A DNA stretch of 42,344 nt from Gemmatimonadales bacterium (lineage in GTDB: Bacteria > Gemmatimonadota > Gemmatimonadetes > Gemmatimonadales > GWC2-71-9): the NCBI GenBank assembly GCA_036375015.1, contig DASUSR010000091.1:1-42344 (forward strand), given 5' to 3'. Below the pieces are notes generated by a model. It did no database searches. It was not told the DNA's origin and was given only the letters and a program-made list of their open reading frames with translations. Of the stretch, positions 35,527-42,344 are shown one piece after another. A program made the translations under genes and the position numbers. Position 1 is the stretch's first letter, and each line of letters begins with the position of its first letter.

Positions 35527-36903
35527 ATGCAGAATGATGCGCCCTTGCCTGCCGGGGGACGGCGGGCGATACTAGCATTACCCCCGTCGCCCCATTCCAA
35601 AGGACGCACGACACTGTTCACGCCTCAGCAGCTCTTCGGCGAGTTCGGGACGTCGGCGGATGTCCTCCTCCACGCGGCGTTTCTCGAGCGTGCCCGGCGC
35701 GAGCGCGAACAGGACCGGGAGTTCTCCGCGCGGCTCGCGCTCGCCGCCTACGTGGTGGCCCGGCTGGTGAGCCGGATGCTCACCCTGCCGGAGAAAGATT
35801 CCGAGGCGCGAGAGGGGTTCGTCTGGCAGCTCGAGGCGGTCCGGCGACACGTCCGCGAGCTGCCCGGAGACGTTCCCGAGTCCGCCCACCTCGGCGGGAT
35901 CGCGGAGTCGGTCACCGCCACTGCCAGGCCGACCCCCGGGCTGCGGCTGTCTCTCACGGCCTACGCGTACTTTCTGGAGCACGACGGCCGGCTGGAGGAG
36001 GCGCTCGATGCGCTCTCGCTCGCGGGCCACGCGCACGGCCCGGCCATGGCGCCGGCGGAGTTCGCGGCCACCGGCCTCTTCGCCGGCCGGCTCAACCGGT
36101 TGCTGGCCCGCTGGGAAGCCGCGAGCAACTGCTACGCCTCGGCGGAATCAGCGGCCCAGCTGACGGGTGATACCGTCACCGTTCTGCGCTCCCGCCTGGG
36201 CCGGCACGCGGTCCTGCGGGGGCAGGGCAATCTCCCCCTGGCCAAGGCCGGGGTCGAGGATGTCATCCGGGAGTCCGAGGCGCTCAACCTGCGGGATGTG
36301 CTGACCATCGCGTACGCCGATCTGGGCGCGCTGTGCGAGCTGCAGGGGCACTTCGTCGAGGCGGCGTACGCCAACTACCGCGCGTTCCTCGTGAGCGAGG
36401 ATGCCCCGGCGCGGATGCGCGTCCTGGGCGATCTGGGCATCGATCTCCTCCGGATCGGCGCCTTCGATTCCGCGCGGCTCGCGTTCGAGATCGTGATCGA
36501 GTCGAAGGCCAGCTTCCTGGTGCGCACCAACGCGCTCCTGGAGCTGATGGACCTGGAGTCGGTGGTGGGGAACGAAGTGGCCTTCCGGCGCCGTCGGGCG
36601 CAGGCCGAGGATCTGCGGGAGCGCATGCCGCCCAGCATGTCGTGCGACTTCCACTTCAAGACCGGCACCGGACTTGCCCGGTTCGGGCGGATCATCCGTG
36701 CGCGCGAACTGCTCCTGGCCGGCCAGGCACTGGCCGAAAAGGGGCGACTGCACTCGTGGTACTTCCGATTCGAGCAGGCGATCGCCGGCCTGGCGGCGGG
36801 CGCACCCACCCCGGCCGAGCCGACCACCCGGACCGTCAGCGACTCGCCGGCGATCCAGGAGGTGGCGGTCGGCCTGCGCGAATACGCGCTGCAGGCGACT
36901 TAG
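35527..36903 (+). CDS. Helical-repeat (TPR-like) hypothetical protein; start uncertain
   Basis: Long high-GC3 ORF with predicted helical-repeat character. The first ~30 codons after ATG 35527 have low GC3, so the true start may be near 35614. Confidence 0.6.
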   Translation: MQNDAPLPAGGRRAILALPPSPHSKGRTTLFTPQQLFGEFGTSADVLLHAAFLERARREREQDREFSARLALAAYVVARLVSRMLTLPEKDSEAREGFVWQLEAVRRHVRELPGDVPESAHLGGIAESVTATARPTPGLRLSLTAYAYFLEHDGRLEEALDALSLAGHAHGPAMAPAEFAATGLFAGRLNRLLARWEAASNCYASAESAAQLTGDTVTVLRSRLGRHAVLRGQGNLPLAKAGVEDVIRESEALNLRDVLTIAYADLGALCELQGHFVEAAYANYRAFLVSEDAPARMRVLGDLGIDLLRIGAFDSARLAFEIVIESKASFLVRTNALLELMDLESVVGNEVAFRRRRAQAEDLRERMPPSMSCDFHFKTGTGLARFGRIIRARELLLAGQALAEKGRLHSWYFRFEQAIAGLAAGAPTPAEPTTRTVSDSPAIQEVAVGLREYALQAT

Positions 36904-37040
36904 TTGTTCCCGCCCTGGCTCTCGAACGAGGGCGCGGGAGCCTCGGACGGACCGGTAGTGTCCACCCGGTCGCAGGCGGTGGTGAGCGCAGCCAGGGCGA
37001 AGCAGGCGATCGCGAGCCACTTGGAAGTGCGGCGGGACAT
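36900..37040 (-). CDS. Mini-lipoprotein (46 aa)
   Basis: MSRRTSKWLAIACFALAALTTAC lipobox and high GC3. The stop overlaps the convergent gene's stop. Confidence 0.5.
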   Translation of the reverse strand: MSRRTSKWLAIACFALAALTTACDRVDTTGPSEAPAPSFESQGGNN

Positions 37041-37120
37041 TGAGGTTACCCTCTCGAGCGTGCGGTGAAGACCAGGGGTCTGGTCAATCTCGGGGTCGGG
37101 TATTCGGCTCATAAGGACTT

Positions 37121-37152
37121 TTTTGCGACATTTAGGGGCCGTTTTGCGACAT
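37121..37152 (+). repeat. Direct repeat TTTTGCGACAT x2 with 21-bp periodicity
   Basis: Copies at 37121-37131 and 37142-37152 are identical. Each contains a candidate TTG start for the downstream gene. Confidence 0.6.
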
Positions 37153-37944
37153 CTGCTCCTCGCTGCCGTCCCCACTGAACGCCTGTTCCGCCTGCGGACC
37201 CTGGATCCCGACCGGTTCCAGTGGACGGCGGTGGGCAGTTGGCACGAGGCGGTGGAGACGATTCGGGCCAAGCCGGTCGAGATGGCCGTCGTGGATCCGC
37301 TCCTGGGCTGCGGCGATCCCCGGTCGCACGGGATCGAGCGGCTCCGGCAGTTCTTTCCGTCCCTGCCGCTCGTGGTGTACACCGACCTCACCCCCGCGAA
37401 TGCCGGCGTCCTCCTCCAGCTGGGCAGAATGGGAATCCGGCGGGTGGTGGTGCATCGGTTCGAGGACGCCCCCAGCTCGCTGCGGCTGGCGCTCCTGACC
37501 GAGCTGGAGCAGAGTGCCTCGCAGCAGGTCATGCAGACGCTGGAGCCGCTGTTCCGGGAGCTGCCCCGCGAGCTGCAAGTCGCGCTCGAGGCCATGCTCC
37601 ACGCGCCGGGCGACGGGCCCACGGTCACCACCCTGGCGGACCGGGCGCGGCTCACCCGGCGCACCTGCGAGCGCTGGTTCACCAAGGTCGGCTTGCCCTC
37701 GCCACGGACCGTCATGGTGCTGATCCGCCTGCTGTACGCCCACCGACTGCTCCTCGACCCCGGCTACACCGTGGAGGACGTGGCGCTCAAGCTGGGGTAC
37801 AGCAAGGCCAAGACGCTTCAGATGCACCTCCGCGCCGTCTTCGGTGTCACCGCGGGCGAGCTCCGGGTGGCGCTCTCGATGGAGGACGCACTCGCCCTCG
37901 TGACCAACCGCTACTTCCAGCCCATCCGTCAGGCCGCCTCGTGA
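37123..37944 (+). CDS. AraC-family transcriptional regulator with N-terminal receiver-like domain
   Basis: C-terminal HTH_18-like LADRARLTRRTCERWF...VEDVALKLGYSKAKTLQMHLRAVFG. N-terminal CheY-like beta/alpha pattern (VEMAVVDPLL, LPLVVYTD). The start is TTG 37123 or 37144. Confidence 0.75.
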   Translation: MRHLGAVLRHLLLAAVPTERLFRLRTLDPDRFQWTAVGSWHEAVETIRAKPVEMAVVDPLLGCGDPRSHGIERLRQFFPSLPLVVYTDLTPANAGVLLQLGRMGIRRVVVHRFEDAPSSLRLALLTELEQSASQQVMQTLEPLFRELPRELQVALEAMLHAPGDGPTVTTLADRARLTRRTCERWFTKVGLPSPRTVMVLIRLLYAHRLLLDPGYTVEDVALKLGYSKAKTLQMHLRAVFGVTAGELRVALSMEDALALVTNRYFQPIRQAAS

Positions 37945-38348
37945 CCCGCCGCATTCTGGTCGTGGACGACGAGCCGGCGCTGCGCCGGAGCCTGGAACGG
38001 GCGCTCCGCGCCATGGGCTACGACGTGGTCACCGTGGGCGACCCGCTGCTCGCCTACGAGCTGCTCGAGGCCGGCGGTTTCGACCTCATCCTGCTGGACA
38101 TCAATCTGCCCCAGATGTCGGGTGACGCCCTGTACCTGGCGCTGGTGCGCCGGGCCCCCGGCCTGACCAGGCGGGTAATCCTGATGAGCGGCGACCCCTG
38201 GGCGGTAAAGGTCGACTGGCCCGCCGAGCTGCGGGAGTGCCCGGTGCTCACCAAGCCGTTCACCCTCGATGGGCTGGGCCGGTGCGTGGCCGGGGTGCTG
38301 GCCGACGCGGACATGGCCCCCGGCCGACGGAAGCAGAACGGCGGATGA
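37941..38348 (+). CDS. Stand-alone response-regulator receiver (CheY-like)
   Basis: RILVVDDEPALR, DLILLDINLP, VILMSGD, LTKPF are canonical receiver motifs. GTG overlaps the upstream stop (GTGA). Confidence 0.88.
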   Translation: MTRRILVVDDEPALRRSLERALRAMGYDVVTVGDPLLAYELLEAGGFDLILLDINLPQMSGDALYLALVRRAPGLTRRVILMSGDPWAVKVDWPAELRECPVLTKPFTLDGLGRCVAGVLADADMAPGRRKQNGG

Positions 38349-38983
38349 CCGCGGGCCTCACCCTCTCGGCACCGCCCGACCCTCTCACCACGCTGCGGGA
38401 ATATCGCGGGCTCGCTCCCTGGGGGCTGCGGGATCTCGCGGCGCTTTCGGCGGGCATCCTGGACGCCTCGGGGGTGGTCCCGCTCAACGCCGCCGCCCGA
38501 GCCCGGCCCAGCGAGCGGACCATCCGGTTCTACGTGGCGCGCGGGCTGGTGAGCCCGCCGGACGGCCGGGGCACCGCGGCGGTGTACTCGTACCGCCATC
38601 TGCTCCAGGTGCTCGCCATCAAGCTGCGGCAGATGGAAGGCGCCACGCTGGAGACGATGACCCGGGAGTTTCCCGGCCTCACCGGCGACCTCATCGAGCG
38701 CCGGGTGGCGGGCGCCCTGGGCCCGGGGCTGCCGCGGCCCGACCGGCTACCGCTGCTCCGGGGGCCCGGCACCGGCCGGGGCCGGGTGGGCCGGGCGGTG
38801 CTGGGCTGGCTGGCGCCGGTCGAAGGCGCGGCCGCCATGGGCACCGCCTGCCGCCGCATCCCGGTCTCGCCCGGCGTGGAGGTCCTCATCGACGAGGAGC
38901 ACCCCGCCATCCGACTGAACGGCGACCCCGCCGCCATCGCCGAAGCGATCCGCCAGGCCTTGGCGGGGCTGGTCGCTCCCTGA
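38345..38983 (+). CDS. MerR-like HTH protein with uncharacterised C-terminal domain
   Basis: SERTIRFYVARGLVSPP....YSYRHLLQVLAIKLRQ resembles the MerR HTH and wing. ATG overlaps the upstream stop (ATGA). Confidence 0.6.
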   Translation: MTAGLTLSAPPDPLTTLREYRGLAPWGLRDLAALSAGILDASGVVPLNAAARARPSERTIRFYVARGLVSPPDGRGTAAVYSYRHLLQVLAIKLRQMEGATLETMTREFPGLTGDLIERRVAGALGPGLPRPDRLPLLRGPGTGRGRVGRAVLGWLAPVEGAAAMGTACRRIPVSPGVEVLIDEEHPAIRLNGDPAAIAEAIRQALAGLVAP

Positions 38984-39011
38984 CCCTCCCCCATCGCCGG
39001 AAGGTGGTATC

Positions 39012-39584
39012 ATGGCCACGGTCGTGCTGCTGGTCGTGCTCGCCGCAATCGTCCTCTGGGTCATCAGCGCCTACAACGGTCTCATCGCCCTCAAGAACCA
39101 GGTGGCGAACGCCTGGAAACAGATCGACGTGCAACTCAAGCGGCGGCACGATCTGATCCCCAATCTGGTCAACACCGTGAAGGGGGCGATGGAGTTCGAG
39201 CGCGGCACGCTCGAAGCGGTGATCAGCGCGCGCAACAAGGCGGTGACCGCCGCGGGCGTGCGGCAGACCGCGCAGGCGGAGGGCGAGCTGACCCAGGCGC
39301 TCGGACGGCTCTTCGCGCTCACCGAGGCGTATCCCGAGCTCAAGACCAACCAGAACGTGCTCCAGCTCCAGGAGGAGCTCACCAGCACGGAGAACAAGGT
39401 GGGGTTCGCGCGGCAGCTGTACAACGACGTGGCCACCCAGTACAACACCCGGCAGGCCACCTTCCCGACCCTCCTCGTGGCGGGGCTCGCCAAGGCGTCG
39501 CCGGCGGAGCTGTGGGAGATCGAGAACCCGGCGGAGCGGGCGGTGCCGACGGTGGATCTCTCGTCCAACAAACCGGCCACGTGA
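39012..39584 (+). CDS. lemA: LemA family membrane protein
   Basis: N-terminal TM segment followed by YNGLIALKNQVANAWKQIDVQLKRRHDLIPNLV...AYPELK, the LemA signature. Confidence 0.9.
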   Translation: MATVVLLVVLAAIVLWVISAYNGLIALKNQVANAWKQIDVQLKRRHDLIPNLVNTVKGAMEFERGTLEAVISARNKAVTAAGVRQTAQAEGELTQALGRLFALTEAYPELKTNQNVLQLQEELTSTENKVGFARQLYNDVATQYNTRQATFPTLLVAGLAKASPAELWEIENPAERAVPTVDLSSNKPAT

Positions 39585-40621
39585 GCGAGGAGGCCGACCT
39601 CTTCGCCCAGCAGGAGGCCAACCGTCGGCGCTCCACCTGGCTGGCGGTCGGCTTCGTCCTCTTCTTCGCCTGGGTCGGCTTCGGCGGCGATCTTGCGTTC
39701 GGTCTGCTGACCGCCGACGCCCCGCCCGACGCCTACCACCACACCATTCCCCTCATCGGCATAGGCACCACCCTCGCCGCCGGCATCCTCTGCTGGTTCT
39801 CCTGGCGTCACGGCCCCGAGCGGGTGCTGTGGTCCACCGGGGCGTGGGAGCTCATCGAGCCGGCCACGCCGGCGCAGAAACAGCTGGTCAACGTCGTCGA
39901 GGAGATGGCGATCGCCTCCGGCCTGCCCCGGCCGCGCGTGTTCGTCGTCCCCGACCCCGACCCGAATGCGTTCGCCACCGGGCGGGACCCGGAGACCGCC
40001 AGCATCGCCGTCACCGAGGGCCTCCTGGCCGCGCTCAGCCGCGACGAGCTCCAGGCAGTCGTGGCGCATGAGATGGCGCACATCCGAAATCTCGACGTCC
40101 GTCTGATGACGCTGCTCGCGGCCATGGTGGGCGCCATCGCGCTCATGTCGGACGGCATGGGCCGGATGCTGCGGACGGGACGCGATGTGGGTGGCGGATC
40201 CGGGGGCCGCCGCAGCAGCAAGGGGGGCGGGGGCGGCAACCCGCTCGGCCTCATCGTGCTGGTGCTCTGGCTCCTCACCCTCGTGGTGGCGCCGATCGTC
40301 TCCCGCATCCTGGCGATGTCGGTGAGCCGCAAGCGGGAATTCCTGGCCGACGCGGCCGGCGCCCAGTTCACCCGCAACCCGCTCGCGCTCGCCTCCGCCC
40401 TCGAGAAGCTCGCCGCGGCGACCTCCCCCACCCGGGCGATCAAACAGGGGGCCGCCCACCTCTGCATCGTGGATCCCTCGCCGGGCCTGCTCTCGGCGCG
40501 GGAAGGATGGCTGGCCGGCGTGCTCACCTCGCACCCCCCGATCGCGCAGCGCATCATCCGGCTCCGCGGCATGGGGTATCAGCAGAGCAAGCGCGAAGCG
40601 TCCGGCGCCGCGCTGGCCTGA
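39581..40621 (+). CDS. M48-family (HtpX-like) zinc metalloprotease
   Basis: HEMAHIRNLD (HExxH), four TM segments, and a downstream EFLAD third-ligand region. GTG overlaps the lemA stop. Confidence 0.85.
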   Translation: MSEEADLFAQQEANRRRSTWLAVGFVLFFAWVGFGGDLAFGLLTADAPPDAYHHTIPLIGIGTTLAAGILCWFSWRHGPERVLWSTGAWELIEPATPAQKQLVNVVEEMAIASGLPRPRVFVVPDPDPNAFATGRDPETASIAVTEGLLAALSRDELQAVVAHEMAHIRNLDVRLMTLLAAMVGAIALMSDGMGRMLRTGRDVGGGSGGRRSSKGGGGGNPLGLIVLVLWLLTLVVAPIVSRILAMSVSRKREFLADAAGAQFTRNPLALASALEKLAAATSPTRAIKQGAAHLCIVDPSPGLLSAREGWLAGVLTSHPPIAQRIIRLRGMGYQQSKREASGAALA

Positions 40622-40623
40622 CC

Positions 40624-41481
40624 GTGCGCTATCGCGAGTACCCGCCGAGCGAGGCACTGCGCGGGGTGGTGCACCGGTTCTGGACCCTGCGCGGCGACGC
40701 GCCCGGCCCGGGCTCCGACTTCCAGCGCGCCATGCCCGACGGCCGTCCCGAGCTGGTCTTCAATCTGGCCGACCGATTCGAGTCCCGCCGCCACGGAACG
40801 ACCGAGCGCCAGCCCGCCGCCCTCGTGGTGGGTCCGACCACGACTGCGCTCGCGCTGCGGCCGACCGGGCGGATCGACATCGTCGGCGTGCGGCTGGTTC
40901 CCGGGCCCTGGCCCGGCCTGCTCGGCATGCGTGCGGACGAGCTTCTCGACCGTGCGCTGGCGTTGTCCGACCTGTCCCCGCGCTGGCGCGAGGACCTGCT
41001 CGAGCCGCTGGCCGATGCCGCCGGCGATCGCGCCCGGATCGCCGTCCTCGAGCGCCGGCTGGTCCGGCTGGCGGCCCGATCCGGCCCGGGCGACCCGCGG
41101 CTCCGCCGCGCGGTGGACCTCACCCTCCGGGGCACGGTGCGGCGGGTGGGACGGCTGGCCGAGCTCTCCGGGGTGAGCGAGCGGCAACTGATCCGGCTCT
41201 TCCGGGAGGGCACGGGGATGACGCCGGGCCTGCTGGGCCGGGTGGCGCGCTTCCAGGGGGTGCTGGGCGCCGTGGAGCGGCCGGGGCCGGTGCGCTGGAG
41301 CCGGCTCGCACACCAGCAGGGCTACTGTGACCAGGCTCATCTCTGCCGGGATTTCCGCCGCTTTGCCGGACTGGCTCCGCGGCGTTACCTGGCGGCCTAC
41401 CGCGAGGTGACCCGACACTTCGTGGAGGCATCCTCCGGGCATGGCGGATTCGTCCAAGACGGACCGGCCCCGCCGCTCTAG
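40624..41481 (+). CDS. AraC-family transcriptional regulator (DUF6597-like N-domain)
   Basis: N-terminal YREYPPSEALRGVVHRFW. C-terminal HTH LAELSGVSERQLIRLFREGTGMTP ... GYCDQAHLCRDFRRFAG. Confidence 0.8.
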   Translation: MRYREYPPSEALRGVVHRFWTLRGDAPGPGSDFQRAMPDGRPELVFNLADRFESRRHGTTERQPAALVVGPTTTALALRPTGRIDIVGVRLVPGPWPGLLGMRADELLDRALALSDLSPRWREDLLEPLADAAGDRARIAVLERRLVRLAARSGPGDPRLRRAVDLTLRGTVRRVGRLAELSGVSERQLIRLFREGTGMTPGLLGRVARFQGVLGAVERPGPVRWSRLAHQQGYCDQAHLCRDFRRFAGLAPRRYLAAYREVTRHFVEASSGHGGFVQDGPAPPL

Positions 41482-41508
41482 ATTCGCGCAAACGTCCGGA
41501 GCACCCCG

Positions 41509-41982
41509 ATGCCGCGCCTTGACTGGTCTGTCGCCCTGGTCCTCACCCTGCCGCTTGCCCCTGCCCCCGTGCTCGCCCCCGGGCCGCTGGAGCCGCTCCG
41601 CTTCATGGCCGGCTGCTGGCGCGGGCCCGCGGGCCGGGGGCGGATGATCGAGGAGCACTACACCGCACCGAGCCGGAACCTGATCCTGGGTATGACGCGA
41701 TACACTCGGGACGGGGTGGCAACAGGCTACGAGTTCTCCACCATCGCCTGGGAGGACTCGACCATCGTCCTGACCCCGCGGCCGGAGGGGCAGCAGCCGG
41801 TCCCGTTCCGCCTGGCGCTGCTCCAGCCGCGGAGCGCCGTCTGGGAGAACCCCGACCACGATTTCCCCACGAGAATCGCCTACCGCCGGCTGGCGGGAGA
41901 CACGCTCGTGGCCCGCATCGAAGGCCCTGAGGGCAGGAATGCCTCGGAGTGGCGCATGGCGCGGGTGCGCTGCGAGGGCTAG
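41509..41982 (+). CDS. Secreted DUF6265-like protein
   Basis: Signal peptide, then FMAGCWRG, EEHYT, VWENPDHDFPTRIAY, a pattern I associate with DUF6265. Confidence 0.6.
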   Translation: MPRLDWSVALVLTLPLAPAPVLAPGPLEPLRFMAGCWRGPAGRGRMIEEHYTAPSRNLILGMTRYTRDGVATGYEFSTIAWEDSTIVLTPRPEGQQPVPFRLALLQPRSAVWENPDHDFPTRIAYRRLAGDTLVARIEGPEGRNASEWRMARVRCEG

Positions 41983-42344
41983 CGCCGGTCCGCGGCCTCG
42001 ATGATATCCGTGGTGAAGGTGCCGGGATCGAAGGGGAGCTGGACGACGTGGTCCGCGCCGGCCGCTCGCGCGGCCGCCGGGTCGCCGCTCACGAGCGCCA
42101 CCACCCGATAGCCGCGCTGCTCCGGGGGGCAGAAGCCGCCCAGCGGGTGCGCGCCAGCGGCCCCGCTGCCGCCCGCGAGCACGACGAGCGAGACGTCCGG
42201 GCGGGATGCGGCGGCGCCGAGCGCGGCGGTCCCGCCCCGTCGCTCCACGGCGAAGCCGGCGTGCCGAAGCAGCAGCCCCACCACCCGGGCCAGGTCCCCG
42301 TCGGCCAGACCGAGCCACGCCGTCCCGCGGTGTACGGCCGGGCC
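41979..42344 (-). CDS. Receiver-domain-like protein; 5' end beyond the window
   Basis: The frame stays open to the window edge (..LGLADGDLARVVGLLLRHAGFAV..SLVVLAG..VVQLPFDP). The long ORF 40579..42318 in another frame was rejected. Confidence 0.5.
   Translation of the reverse strand, partial: GPAVHRGTAWLGLADGDLARVVGLLLRHAGFAVERRGGTAALGAAASRPDVSLVVLAGGSGAAGAHPLGGFCPPEQRGYRVVALVSGDPAAARAAGADHVVQLPFDPGTFTTDIIEAADRR

Overview
This is a 42.3-kb, very GC-rich bacterial chromosomal segment (third codon positions are mostly G/C). It holds about 50 protein genes and is densely packed, with many 1-4 nt start/stop overlaps. I see no rRNA or tRNA genes, no CRISPR array, and no recognisable transposase, integrase or phage genes. 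Gene order: (1) a polyamine uptake and catabolism operon (gabT-like, potABCD, patA). (2) A YHS-domain gene translationally coupled to a UdgX-type family-4 uracil-DNA glycosylase. (3) A beta-barrel outer membrane protein. (4) A Ser/Thr kinase-TPR protein divergent from a HEAT-repeat protein. (5) An overlapped RND efflux operon in the order pump, outer membrane factor, fusion protein, running on into an M14 carboxypeptidase, Bcp and LepB. (6) Small Zn-ribbon, cupredoxin, lysine-rich and lipoprotein genes. (7) A LivK-like binding protein coupled to a chemoreceptor. (8) Smr, CspA and Ogt. (9) A Big_2 + LVIVD beta-propeller protein. The most unusual locus follows: a ~560-bp non-coding gap (32378-32937). 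It contains a cluster of DnaA-box-like TCCACA motifs (one perfect TTATCCACA), a 12-bp hairpin, and a ~400-nt multi-helix candidate ncRNA that ends in a textbook intrinsic terminator. I cannot assign this RNA to RNase P, tmRNA, SRP or 6S from memory. After the gap come a YhaM-like HD/OB nuclease, a mini REC-Fis regulator, YceI and an orphan pseudopilin. The window ends with a co-directional block holding three translationally coupled regulators (REC-AraC, CheY-like, MerR-like) plus LemA and an M48 protease. GC content and gene content suggest a Gemmatimonadota/Acidobacteriota-like organism, but that is inference only. All functional calls come from reading motifs in the supplied translations; no database search was possible. 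Start codons are my best choice among in-frame ATG/GTG/TTG and are less certain than stops.
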